A DNA stretch of 64,000 nucleotides from NCBI RefSeq assembly GCF_009914755.1, contig NC_060945.1, one strand, 5' to 3'. Shown one piece after another: positions 35,352-49,329 of the stretch. Numbering within the stretch: position 1 is the first letter of the stretch; each line of letters begins with the position of its first letter. Under the pieces are notes generated by a model. It had not been told where the DNA came from. It ran no database searches and worked only from the letters and a program-made list of their open reading frames with translations. The stretch is from the human T2T-CHM13v2.0 reference genome, Homo sapiens. Made by a program: the position numbers and the translations under genes.

Positions 35352-35645
35352 CTTTTTTTTATTTACTTATTTATTTAGAGACAGGGTCTCCGTCTGTTAC
35401 CCAAGCTGGAGTACAGTGGTAGAGTGCTGTGATCATGGCTCATTGCAGCTTCAAACTCTTGGGCTCAAATGATTCTCTCACCTCAGCCTCCTGTGCCACC
35501 ATGCCCTGCTAGTTGATTTTAATTTTTTATAAAGAAGGAGACTCATTAGGCAGCCCAGGCTGGTCTCAAACTCCTGGGCCCAAGCAATTCTCTCATCTCA
35601 GCCTCCCAAAGCACTGGGATTAAAAACATGAGCCACTGTACTGAG
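35352..35645 (-). mobile_element. AluJ
   Basis: gagacagggtctc...gatcatggctcattgcagc. Confidence 0.8.
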
Positions 35646-35841
35646 CTGTGCCTACTTCAAAAGACTGAAAATAAAAAATCAATAAATCTTTGCCAAATTA
35701 AAAAACAAAACAATAGTTTCCAGGTCTTAGACAAAGACAATTCTGTGTCATGAAGGTGGCAAAAGGCTTATTTAGCTGTTAAAATGATTTGCTTATATTT
35801 CAAAGAAGCAGAGAAAAAAAGATACATATAAAAGTTTTCCA

Positions 35842-36460
35842 GGCCAGGCACGGCTGTTCATGCCTGTAATCCCAACATTTGGGGAGGCCAAGGCAGGAGG
35901 ATATCTTGAAGCCAAATGTTTGAGTCCAGTACAGGCAACATGGTGAAATTCTGTCACCATAAAAAAATAAATAAAATAAATATGGCTGGGCATGGTGGTT
36001 CACGCTTGTAATACCAGCACTTTGGGAGTCGGAGGCAGGTGGATAATGAGGTCAGGGGTTCGAGACCAGCCTGGCCAAAATGGTGAAACCCTTTCTCTCC
36101 TAAAAATAATAACAGTAAAAAATCAGCCAGGCATGGTGCTGTGCGCCTGTAATGCCAGCTACTCAAAAGGTTGAAGCAAGAGAATTGCTTGAACCTGGGA
36201 GGTGGAGGTTGCATTGAGCTAAGATCATGCCACTACACTCTAGCCTGACCCACAGAGCAAGACACTGTCTTGAATAAATAAATAAATAAATAAATAAATA
36301 AAGTTAGCCAGGCCTGGAGGTGCATGCCTATAGTCCTAGGTAATTAAGAGGTTGAGGCAGGAGGACTGCTCAAACCCAAGAAGTTAAGGTTATAGTGAGC
36401 TATGATTATGCCATTGCACTTCAGACTAAGCAAAAGAGTAAGATTCCATCTCAAAAAATT
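35842..36460 (+). mobile_element. AluJ with an AluS (35983-36300) inserted in its central A-rich linker
   Basis: Left arm 35842-35982, full Alu with (TAAA)n tail, then the right arm resumes at ttagccaggc (36304). Confidence 0.8.
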
Positions 36461-38585
36461 ACTAAAAAAAGTTCTCTAAATTACATTGTTTAAGAAAAGG
36501 GAAAAGAAAAAATATCTTTTTTAATTTTCAAATGGGAGGATAGAGCCTCTCATTTCTAATATGTATTTCCTTCTGCAAAAACATGGCCTAGGCCCATGGT
36601 CTTGAACTACTGGACATCTGAATTTTAGTAGGTGCTGGATTCAGGCAACTGAGGGGTGGCTTGGACACACTAAGTGCACGTAAATAAAAGGTTTGAGGTG
36701 AACTAAAAGGTAAAAGAGGGGAAGGTGCTATTAAGAACCCACAATTGGGAGACATTACAGGGTTGGTGGAAGGACTGGTTCATGCTACAGATACTGACCC
36801 AGGTGAAACTTTACTCTGACTTATTTCTGTGTCCATGCAGGAAGACGAGATTATGATCAGGTGGCACAGAAACCTGGGATGGTGAAAAAACCAGGTTGCC
36901 CCTGCAGATTCGGTGTCTGAGGTAGAGCATATGCCAGGGGTCTTGTAGGCACGTGTGTGGGTTTTTGGTGGGAAAGTCTATGAGGATAGGTAGCATGGGC
37001 CACAATCTTTATGCCGAAGCCCTGTGCTGGGAGGGGCTTGACCACGTCAACATGCAGTGTGTATGTTCAGTGGGTGAAAAACATGTGGTGGCCTCAGGTT
37101 GGCAGGAGGGTAGAAGGCATCTGTTCTCAGAACTTCTTCCCTCAGAGTCGTCGGTCCTTCTTACCATGGGAGGATGCCTGGAACCACAGGGCAGTGCATG
37201 GTGTAGCAGCCTGTGTGCAGAGCAGAGCCTACCTTCCCCGAGACACCTGGAGTCTCTCTCCAGCAGAGGCCCCCACATTGTCTTTCTTTTTATGTTTTTG
37301 ATCCTAAATGTGGAAAGTTCCCTGAAAACCCACTGATTCTCCAACACCCATTTGTTGCCTCAAAATTTAATTCTGACACAACTTAGAGTTCGCACAGACC
37401 CCACAAATTCAGGGCTCAGTCCCACATCACCTCTCTCACTGTAGAGGAGAGTTACACATCCCTGAAGCCCATCTACACTTCTGAGCTACCTCCTATAAAT
37501 CTGAGACTAGCATAAACCCCTTTTCAAGTTAAATAATTTGATAGAATTACTAAAAAGAAAACCTCAACAAATAACTGTAATTATATTTACTACTTTATTA
37601 TAAAAATATAACTCAGAAACAGCCAAATGGAAGAGATGTCTAGGGCAAGGAACAGTTGTGGGTGAAGGTAATCCTGGAAATAGCTATATTTAAAGAAATT
37701 CCCCCATTCTTTGCATTCTCAAAGAACAGCTTAGTGAAGAGAAATGTGCTTCCCGTGATGACTTTGAGGATGCTCCCTGCTGTTTTTTTAACCTATCACA
37801 AAAATGGACACAGGTTGCAAATTCCCATTTTTAAAAATCAACAACCATTCAGTAATTTAGTCTTCAGTGGTCAAAATAACATACTCTTTACAGAAACTTT
37901 GCTTGTTTCTCTTCTTCCAAACAGCCCCTGAACTTTGACTCACCCACAGCTTCAGCAAACCTACAACCCTTATTTATACATAACCCTCCTAAGAACAGGC
38001 TGAGTTCAAGGTGAAACATTATCTTATCTGGGATCTCATTTTGCTACCCTCCATCCTGTGCTTCCTTTCCAACCTTCTTTGTAAACTTGTTTTCTCCTCC
38101 CTATGAAATAAGGCACTTTTCCACCTAACCTTAGAGATACTCAAAGATCTAATCATTTGTACTTTTTCTTTGTTGCAATACTTCTTAGGTAACTTCTTAG
38201 ACCAAGTCTAGAAACAGTCTGAGGACAATAACAATTCCATTCTAAAAAGAATCTCCCAACATTTCTTCTATCTCTACCTCAACTGCATCTGCCTGTGAAC
38301 TTCCAGCTTACCAAGGCTCTATATCTTCTGGCAGTGACAAAGGCTCCTTCCATGATTGGTGTGAGTAGGCTTGGACACCTGCAGGGCAGACACCCAGGAA
38401 TAATCAACTGAGCCTTCAGTGGTCCTCTTTTGCTGGGTCAAGGTGGGCCTTAGCTTTTAGTCGATGGTCTAAGACTTCTACTTACCAGTTAGTCATTCAG
38501 TTAGTTTCCAATTCAAAAAATACTTCATGTTTGAAGAATCCAGCAAAAATTATTCAAATCTAAGGTATAAAAGAGAGGAAATTAC

Positions 38586-38898
<313 letters not shown>

Positions 38899-40226
38899 TT
38901 ATAAGGGGCTTATATCTTATAATTCATCAAGAAAAGCCAAAGTATCTATCCCTTTCAGAAAATAAACATGTAATTTAATTATGTTCATAACAAATCATTT
39001 AGTAAACAATCATATGTGAACACTTCCAGGCGGTGCCAAGTCCCAGCTCCTAAAACTTAGCGTTACCCTCAAACACCCAGATGACAGCATATGAAACAGA
39101 GATATTCACTATCAGAAGTTCTCTGTTTTGAAAAAAGAATAACTGATGTGATAAATTTATGTAATTTAACAATTAATCTACCTCACGTGCTTGTAGGTAT
39201 GTATTCATTTCCTACCACCGTAGTGGAAGAGAGACTATCCCTATCTATACACCTGGTAACATTCCCAACAGTAAGCCGTGAGATTCTGCTTGAAATCACC
39301 TCTCAGACAAATAAAAAACAGTCCTGGGAAATGTACAACACTCATTCTGCTAAAGAAATAGGCAAGTAACAATTTTTAACAAGTGAAATATATTACTACT
39401 TAATTTTATTCAAAATTCACCAACTTAATGTGCTTTATAAATATTCTCATATCTTTGAAGCTCTACTGATAAAACATAATTTACAGTTAATGAAAAAGTG
39501 AAGTTAAAATAAATACAATCATATTTTCAAGGTGACAAAATTAGAAGGTGACAATGCTGATTGAAACACAGACATATCTGACCCAAGGGTCAAGTCAAGC
39601 CGTTCTATTACTTGGGATATTTTCCCTGCTCCTATCTGGTTCAGTGATGTGGGTCATGAGCGTCCTACCAGGAGCTGCTACGCTCTGCTCCACTGTGTCT
39701 GTAAGGTGCATTTTACTTTGCAGGTTTTTGCACTGCCTCACTAGGTTGGGTTTCTTTATCCTTTGAAATATTTTCTCTCCCTTCACCAATCTGAGGACAT
39801 TTTTTCCTCAATATCAGCATCCAGTTGCCTGGCCTGCAATGTGTCTCTAAGGAATGGAAACTAAGCGTTGGGGTAAGAAATTCTTAATGTCCTAAGGGGT
39901 TTGCTTTTAACGCAAAGGTATACGTGGAGATTCCTTCCAGGTATAGTGCATCCAACCACTCCAAAAAGAGGCTGCATTCCCATACCTTGGGCTGTTCCCT
40001 GAGAGGAGATGACACAAGGGATGCTATTTACTAGACACTTCAAGAGTCATGGCCAGTGTTGGTATCTTGGGGATTCTCAAGCAGTTTTGAAACCCAAAAC
40101 CAAGAAAATAACACAGGATGGCTGAGGATGTATTGCCCTGTGAGGTTTCTGAAATGAAACCTCAACCCAAAGACATTCTGATGGGGTGTCTGTGCCAAGG
40201 CAAGATTAAAGAAAGGGGCACAAATA

Positions 40227-40257
<31 letters not shown>

Positions 40258-41133
40258 ACTGTGGATTGTCAGGGGATTATTATCTGCTTTCATGTCCTGT
40301 AAAATGTTTACAAATGAAAAATATTTTTTTAAGTGCCATCCACTGCTTTTTGAAAAAATGCAGAATTAAAATACTGTGTCTAAAATGTACAATAAAGAAC
40401 AGTTGATAATGTTGTGAGTTACACAAGGTTAGTTAGTGTTGGTAAGTGTCAGGAAAGAACTGGAAATTTAAACTCTGACTGCAAGCAAGAGTTAGGCTGG
40501 GGTAACAGGGTGGTAGATTTGAGGCTCTTCTTGCCACACATTTGGAAAATGCATGAGAAAACGAATTCTTTTTTGGAGCATTAAAACAACTAAAAAACAG
40601 GCGATTGCATTGAGGTGGCTCTAGTGTACTGACCTCTGAGTGGAGAGACAGGCAAAGGCATCCCTAGATCCAAAAAGCTGTCCATTCTTCTCCAGCTGTG
40701 CACCTGATTAGATAATTTCCACTCCAGCACCCGTGACTGGATATAGTTCAATTCCCCACCAAGCCCCCTCAGGCCATGAGTGACATATGTGATTTGACAC
40801 TGGATTGAATAAAGCAAGAATTATAGGTTTTTCCTGGATCCTTTTCTGGCAGGGCTTCCTTCATGCACTGGACACTGGCCCTGCCTGTAAAATACTTGCA
40901 TTTTCATTTGTGTGTAAGATTATTTGTATTTATGAAAAATATATATGTGTTATTCATACATGGAAGCAATATAATGACAATTATTTTAAAATTTCAGATT
41001 TTTTACTTTCCTGGCACACCCAGGTTTTAGAGCAGGCAGCCTGAGATTTCAAAAATGAGGCAATTCTCTAAGAAATAATATGTGAGGCACATGTGAATTT
41101 TAAATATTCTAGTAGCTACATTTTAATAAATAC

Positions 41134-41430
41134 ACCAGGCATGGTTGCCTGTGCCTGTAGGTTGAAATGTTTGGGAGACTGATGTGGGAGGATCATTTGA
41201 GGCAAGGAGTTTGAGACTAGCCCATGCAGCATAGAGAAAGCCATCTCAACAACAACAACAACAAAAAAAATTGAAAAATTAGCCACGCCTGGTGTATGCC
41301 TTCAGTCCCAGCTACTCAGAAGGCTGGAGCTGGAGGATCACCTGAGCCTGGGAGGTCAAGGCTGCAGTGAGCCATGATCACACCACTGCACTCCAGCCTC
41401 ACTGACAGAACAAAACTCTGACTCAAAAAA
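41134..41430 (+). mobile_element. AluJ
   Basis: ggaggtcaaggctgcagtgagccatgatc. Confidence 0.82.
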
Positions 41431-41639
41431 CTGATCTCTGGAAAGGCATTTTCTTTTTCTGCAACGTAGCCAAATAGCTAAATTTGTATTGAAGCCATCC
41501 TTTAATTTTTAACAGGGCAAGAATATTTTCTAAGACCCTGAACTCCAGATATGTGATGGGGCAAATCCTGAAGCGTACATGGCTATCTCTCACAGCTAAA
41601 GCACCCCTCACCCCTATCCTGCGCTTCTTACCCCTGGCG

Positions 41640-41802
41640 CAAGAGAATCACCTGCGGGGAGGAAAACTTTCAAAATCCCTTAAACCCAAGTTGTAACCGC
41701 TCAACTAAATCAGAATCCTTGGAGCTGGATCTGAAAAAAATACGGTTGAAAGTCGTGCAGGTGATTACAATGTGTAGGCAAGCCAGAAAACCATGGCTTT
41801 AA
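41640..41802. mobile_element. MER5-like hAT DNA transposon remnant
   Basis: agaatcacctg...aaatcagaatc...caggtgatt inverted-end pattern. Confidence 0.5.
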
Positions 41803-44800
41803 CGAGCAGCTTTTGTTAGAAATGATTTCTCCAATGAATGTAAAAACGTTTGCTGCTGAATTGTGACCTTTCAATTTTACCTGCTTTTCCTGCAAAGTAT
41901 ATTTTGCAGACCCAGGCTGGCTTCTCCTTCTGTTCATGGTTCACCCAGTGCCGTGTGTGCTCAGTGCATCCTGTGCACGGGTCACTGTGCTGTGTGCGCT
42001 GGCCTGGGTGAGCATCATTCTTCGGGGAGAACCTTTCTGAAAACAAAGCTGCAATCCAAAAAGTTGAAACCATGCTACTTACTGTACTGAGGTAAAAATT
42101 AAAAGACCTAGGGGACTCTTCCAAAAGTTAAAACGTAAATAAATATCTTGGAACATTAATATACACCTGACGATGTCCTGAGTGAACACGCCCCACTTTA
42201 AAACAAAACAAAACATTACTATTATTCTAAAATATTAATTTAGGATTGTTATGCAAATATGTACTATTTAAATATTTATTGATGAATAACTTGCATACAG
42301 CAATATAGGAACAAAATATTTATGGAATGCTTGATGAATTATTACTAAATAAATACACTTGTGTATGTAAGAATCAGATTTGCTCATGCCCTTGACACTT
42401 TCTCCTTCCCAAAGGTAACCAAGACCTTAAGAGCTAAGTGTAGATAAACTTTGTCATTTTCTACACGTGTTTTATTACAGAACATTAAAAACGTATACAT
42501 AATACAAAAAAAGGATAACAGACCAGTCACCCAGATTTAACAGCTACTAGTCATGTGTCATTTTTGTTTCACCTATACTTCCAGCCATTCCCACCCCAAT
42601 TTCATTATTTTTTAGCCTTTTTGGATAAAATGTATATTCATTGCAAGGTACAATGTGAACTGTGAATAGTAGAGAGATGGGGTTTCACCATGTTGACCAT
42701 GCTAGTCTTGAACTCCTGTCCTCAGGTGATCCACCTGCTTCGGCTTCCCAAATTGCTGGGATTACAGGCATAAGCCAATATACTCAGCCTGAGAATTCAT
42801 ACTTCTAAGAAAGTACAAATCCATAGGGCACATGAGAACTGCAATGTCTATCTACAGTAAATACAGTTTGATAAATAAAATGAAAGGCAATTAACCTAAG
42901 GTGAAAAAAAAAACAAAAAACAATCAAAGCATGGGTACTATGTGTCATCTGTAAGAGCATTTGGTTAAGAATAACAAACAAACCAGTTTTATCGTTTTAA
43001 TAGCCGAAATTGGCAAAATTTCTAGTTTTTCTTTCATAGGAATGCTCTTTGCAAGAAAAAATTTTCATATAGTGAGAGCAAAAATGGCAACCATTTGCAA
43101 GTAAATGTCTTATGAAATTAAGTAGCAGATATCAAGCTCATGACCTTCAGATAGTTACCCCTAACTCAATCACTTACATAGCAAGTGCAGATAATTTTCA
43201 TAGCTCCCTATTAAAATTATATTTGAATGCCCTTACAAATTGTGACTGTTTTTAAATAAAGTTGACCAACTAAAATTTTGTATATGACATATGATAAATT
43301 CCCCTTCAAGTCACCTTACATTTACTTAATTTTATTAGGCAGTGTCTGTCTACCACCCAATAATACTTGACGTTTCTCCCTCCATTTGCACAGGCATCAT
43401 AGCTGGGAAACGGATTCACAAGACCCAGGCTGTTCCCTACATATGTTTCCTCCTCCGACATCAGTTCATCAGTCAATCAAGCCATGTGAGAGTGGAGGCC
43501 TTGTATTCCCTATTATTCTTGGGCACTCTACTCCAAGTAGGAAAAGGCCAGGAGGTCCTGTTAAAGGATGCACTCAGAGCCCGGGCTCCCTAACATATGA
43601 GAGTGCTAACCAGCAGGTGTAGACTTTTCAGGAGTGAAGAATGAGGCAGGCATTCCAAACCTGGACCTTCATCACCTTTTGTTTCATCTCAAGACAATTC
43701 TGAGGGACTGTTTTGGAGCGTGTCTGGAAGGTGAACCTTGAAGAAGAGTGTGGGCTTTGATGTGACTCAGTTGAGATCTTTCATGAGGAGGCAGGAATTC
43801 AATGCCCAGAATCTGGGCTGGTGTCTTTGAGGTCAGTGGGTTGCGTCTTTGTATCCAAGTCCATTGTTACTAGGTTGGAGGCTGGAGATTCTAAATGGCT
43901 TCCAGACCATCTCTCTGATTCTCTTTGGGAGATGGGGTCTGAAAGACAATATCAGTAGTTTTGGGAAATTCTAGAAAGTGTGCTTGGAAACGTGGGAAGA
44001 GCTCTTGCCTAGTGCCTAAATGCTCCATTTGCAGCTCTAGCCAAGTAGATACTTGGTAGGTATAGAGCTGGGTTTGCGTTTATATCAGCAAAACCTATAT
44101 CAGAGTTGAAGAAGTAGTCAGGAAAAAGCGTCTTGGTCGCAGGCCGGGGAACATCTTAAAAGCAAACTTCTAGCCTGCTGACTCTTGGCAATGAGTGTTG
44201 GATCCTGGCTAAAGTGCCTTGAATGCAGCATGAGGCCAATCCATGAATCCAACTTCTCATGGAGAAATGTTAATATTTTTTCAGTTTGAATCAATCAGGG
44301 TGAAACTACCATGCTATTGGTTTGCTTACTTTTTATTATTTCATGTAAAATCTAAGACAAAATACATTAAATGCTTATTGACATATGTATTTATTCTTCA
44401 CCAGGCTGATAATATCTGCCTAATTTTAAACTTTCTTCCATTTTGTAGGTTTCAACTTATTCTATTGTAAGATACTGTTAAATCTAATAGAGGCATTGTC
44501 ACTTTTACGTATAATTTTATTTTATTTCATATATTTCCTATTGGCTTTTTACATTTAAATTATGGAGCACTTCATCATATAAAAAACTTCAATTATATTT
44601 AAACAGTAAGTCTTTGGATTTTTTTGCCTTGTAATTTCCATATTACATAATAATGAGATAAACATTAATGTTTTCAGGGTACTTTAAATTTTAGATAATT
44701 ACTCATTGTATTCATGTGAAATTTGTTTTTACTGCATGTGTGGGTTGGAGGTCTGTTTTCACTTCTGATTCATCTTTACTCTTATCTCATCAGAGCTCAT

Positions 44801-45790
44801 ACCTCTTGTAGTTGGGGGATTGCAGTTTATAATTCCAATAAATGGGGCAAATTCAATAATAACATAATACAAATGAGTTTGAATGCAGGACAGGTCTTCA
44901 AAGCATACACAACATGGGCCTACATATGTACAACAATAATAATTTATAAGTTACTGTTTGGATGGAAAGTAAAAGTACAGAAAATTTGTTAAAGGAAATT
45001 AAAATGGAGATCATGTCTCAATAATCTCTGAGCAGACAAAATTAGTTAGGTCTCATAAGTGATCTCAACCTCGCTTGATTTGCAAATACAAACAAAACTT
45101 ACATTATTTCTTGTAGCTGCATATTGAAAAAAGAGAAATGAAGCTCAACCAGTCAGAAGTAGCCAACAACCTTATATAAATAGAAACTGTCCAACAAGGT
45201 AAACAGACAAACAAAAAACAATAAAAAAAGTTGTGCTACCACCAAATGATTTCTTTGTTTCTACATTTTTCAAATAAATACTTGCTTCTTACACTGTCAA
45301 TGAAGCACTCAATATCTTTCCGTCTGATATTTTATAATTTATCAATTGCTCTTACTCAAATAAACACTTTGCAATTTCATTGTGTCTCAAATTACTTTTT
45401 AGCAGAATAAACTAGGAATAAATATTACAAAAATATCTACGGAATATGGAAAAAACATAGAAAGTTTATGAAATATATGAATGTAGACATAAGCAAATAG
45501 ACAATTTGTATCATATTCTTAGGCAGAAAAACTCAATATTATCAACATCAATTGTCCTTATAGTTATTTATAAATTCAATTTTGTTCCTATACTGATACC
45601 ATTAAACATTGCAAGTACACGTTACTATAAAATGTTATATAGATGAAAACACAAACAAGAATAGACAAGAAAACTCTGAAAAAAAAAAAAAAAAAACCAC
45701 TGGCAAGCCCTGTGTAAAATCTTGATTGATTAAAAAACTCATGGATCACTGAAACTAAAAATTCAGAAATAAACCAAAGTGTCTAAGAAA

Positions 45791-46116
45791 GTGTCATAGT
45801 GCATCTTGGCTGCTATAACAAAATACCTTAGACTGGGTAAAGGATAAATAAGAGAAATGTATTTTTCACAGTTATGGAGTCTGGAAAGTGCAAGATCAAG
45901 GCAGCAGCAAATTTCGTATATGGTGAGAGCCCTATTCCCCATAGATGGTACCATCTCGCACATGGGACAAGGGCATTCCCTTCAACTTCCTTTGAAAGAG
46001 CACTGATTCCATTCATGAAGATGAAGAACTCTTGGCTTCACCACTTTCCCAAAGGCCTCACGCCTAAAATTATACACATGAATTTGAAAGGGGACATAAA
46101 CATTCAGGCCATAGCA
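45791..46116 (-). mobile_element. MaLR LTR (MLT1A/MSTD-like)
   Basis: tgctataacaaaataccttagactgggt...ggggacataaacattcaggccatagca. Confidence 0.78.
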
Positions 46117-49100
46117 ATAAAAACTACATGGGTGATGGCATCATTTATACATGAGGTGTAAAAATGTGATGTTCTTATCACAAAGGAAATAAATGATTTA
46201 TTCTTCATGGCATATATCAAAATGAAGGTCCAATGAAAATATTTTTTATGAAGATAAATCTATATGGCAAAAAATTAAGTATTGATAAGTTTAACCCTAC
46301 AGGTTGCATCAGGATTTTCAAGGTTTCCAGGGATGAGCAAGGCCCTGGAGTTTCCTCCTGTGACATTTTCCTGGAAGTTGCTCATGCTGTTATTCAATTT
46401 GAAAGTAGATAATATTGTTTGTTTCTCTTCCAATATTTACTAAATTCAAAATAATATAGGGCTCTTTACTCATAATTCTCAAACAATCATTCAGTCAGTG
46501 GGGCTCTGCTGAGGAAGAGCACAGACACATCCACACAAGTATAATGTTCCTCAAATAGAGGACTTCTCCTTGTGCTGGAGCCACCTATGTTGCACTCGAT
46601 CAGAGGCTTTCCCAGGATAGCATTTCTCTGCAGCCCTACCTCAGTCTTAACCCTGAAAATCCCACTCAGAAGGCGACGGATGAACACCCACCCTAGCATT
46701 CTAATCTAATGGATCCTCTCTTAACAATCCCTTCCAGGGATCTGGGATCTTTCCTGGATTCGTCGGCCACACACACCTAGGCTCAAAAATTTGGACAGAA
46801 ACTTTGATCCTCATTGGCCCTCCTGCCCTGTCCTACCAGCTTCTCTAGAAGTATGCTTCTCTAATTGCTCCTTAGAGACACTATCTAAGGGTATCAACCT
46901 GTGCCAATATAATTGATCTCATAAAGTGAGAAGGGAAATAGGCAAGAGTCCAGCTAGCCTAGAAGCAGTGTCTAGGGTTCCTTACCTGATTTATGTCTCT
47001 GATTTACCTAAATATTGACAAATACAGATTCACCTCTAGGCAGTAGAAAAACAGAAGGAGAAATCCCAGTTCGTAGAGGAAGAAGAAAATACAATCAATG
47101 CTGTCTAGAGTCCCGCTTAAGCTCAGCCACAGGGTAATAAGTCTCTTCAGGAAAAAGCAATTGTTGTCCATCATCTGAAAAACTGTGGCCTGGAACCATG
47201 GGCACCGAGAGTGCACACTGCCCACTAGAGTTCCATGCCTACATCATGGAGAGATAGAATAGTCTCAAAGGATTCTTAAGAGTAATGTGGGGACCAAAAG
47301 GAGATGAATCCACAGCCTCTGCCTTACCGTCTGATCTAACTAATAGTATTTCCAGACCTTTCTGTGGGCTGCACCAGGGGTTGTTCAGAAAGAAAAAAAG
47401 TTGTTAATGTCCCACCGTTTCCCGTAGCTTCCGAGGTCTGTGTTGTTCATACCCCAGGTTCCAGGTTGTTCTCCCACTACTTCCACAGAATCAGTGTGTC
47501 TCATTCCGGTACCTATAATCTCATCTTTATTCTAGTCACCCTCTACTTTTTTCTAGACACTTTATCTACTAGAGGCAGGTAAAATAGAGACAAGAATATT
47601 TACATAAAACTTAGCTGCAACTAAGTTGGAGTCCCATAACTGCTACTAGGCTGAGATGCAACTCAGAGGATACAAAAGCCAGGCTTGCCTAGAATTGCAG
47701 TTATGGGAAAGAAAGTCACATTTCACCCAGGAATTATTAGCACGAAATTCGAAGTTTGTGAAATAGATTCCTAGATGATTCCTAGATCCCCCAAACATTT
47801 CATCCTTATCTTGGAGGCAATCAGGAAGAGAAAATAAACCATACCTAATCAACAAATTATCTAACCAGCATGTGTGGAAAAGGAGGGAACATCATAGAGT
47901 TGGCTTGTTTTAGTACGTGTGGTGAAAAATGCCGCGAAGTCAGAGCTCAATTGGTCTCAAAAGCCTAAAAGATGGCACAGATTAGCTTCACGGGACACAT
48001 GGTATGGATGGTGTCGGCATACTGTTATGCTGAAGATGTCAAGAGTGGTGACTGATATCTCAAGAAGTGGGCCAAAAGTCCACTTCTGGTTACTCTGCTT
48101 GGTATGGTCTAGGAATTCTTCAACCATGAGACAAATAGGTCAACTTTCACCAGCAACCCCAAGTCTGGTTTGCAGTATTAGACTCTGCGTTAGACACAGA
48201 TTTAGGTTCAATCTGCAGCTTGATTGTTGTCACTCTCTAGAAAACAAACCCTTACCATGGACTTCTAGATGAGTGATCCAGTTAGATCAGCATCTGAGAT
48301 TGTCTCCAGTTTGCAGCCCAAAAGACATTCAGACAGTCTACAGTTTCCATTGTAGATAACCAAACAGATAGAATATGTGCCATTATCCCAAACCCTGAGT
48401 TCTGACCTTTGAGAGGAGCAACCACTCATGTCAGGTTCTGTATGGCTGGCACAGGTTAAACAGCCACAGCGGCCCAGTGGACATCATGAGGTTTCACCTT
48501 CCCTGACTCATCTATGAACCAGGACCAGTCATATAGGAAACACTCAGTAAATTGGGGGCCCCACAGAGACAGCATCTTTGCTTCAGAGGATAGAAGGAGG
48601 CATAAAATTTCAACCAGCTGGGGATGCTCTAGCCCTCTATGGGTGAAACTGAGTTTGTCAGGAGTTCTGCAGCAAGCTCTTAGCTGACTTTCAAATCAGT
48701 GTAACCAGTAGTGTGTCACTGAGTCCAAAAGCCCAAAGAACACCTCTGGGAGGAGGCTAGTCCTTTACTAGAGGCTCCAAATGCCAAAATCAAGATTTTC
48801 TTGACCTCAGGATGAATTGATCAATGCAAATCTCCCCAAATATTTTCACTAAACCTTAATTGGAAAGTAAGACTCCAGATTTTTTAACTCTCACTCAACA
48901 TAAATATCTGATTTTTTCACCTGAGATCTATGTATGTGTGTTGGAGCATGCCTTTACCAATCAGCATAAAGTTACATCTCTCCTTGCGCCTCTACTTTCT
49001 ACTTGTGCAGAGTTTAAAATGCAGAGGTGAGAGCTTAGGGTTTTCTGGGTCTTTTGCTAAGCATGTACCTGACCTTGAGCATCCCCAATTCCCCATTTCC

Positions 49101-49329
49101 TTCTTGATCCCAAAGACCGTTATCACAGTCTTAATTCCCAGCAGCTTTTCCTCCTAGAGCTTTTTGACATGATTATTCTTAGACCCAACTGATATCCTTC
49201 GTTCCTGGTAGACTGCGTAGCTCATTTCCATTTAAATGCTTTTAGAAATATTAAACTATGGATTTAAGATTTATCTGCTTTTTAAATTAAGTAATGCTGC
49301 TCTTAGCCTTCCACAGGACTTGAGGGTTA

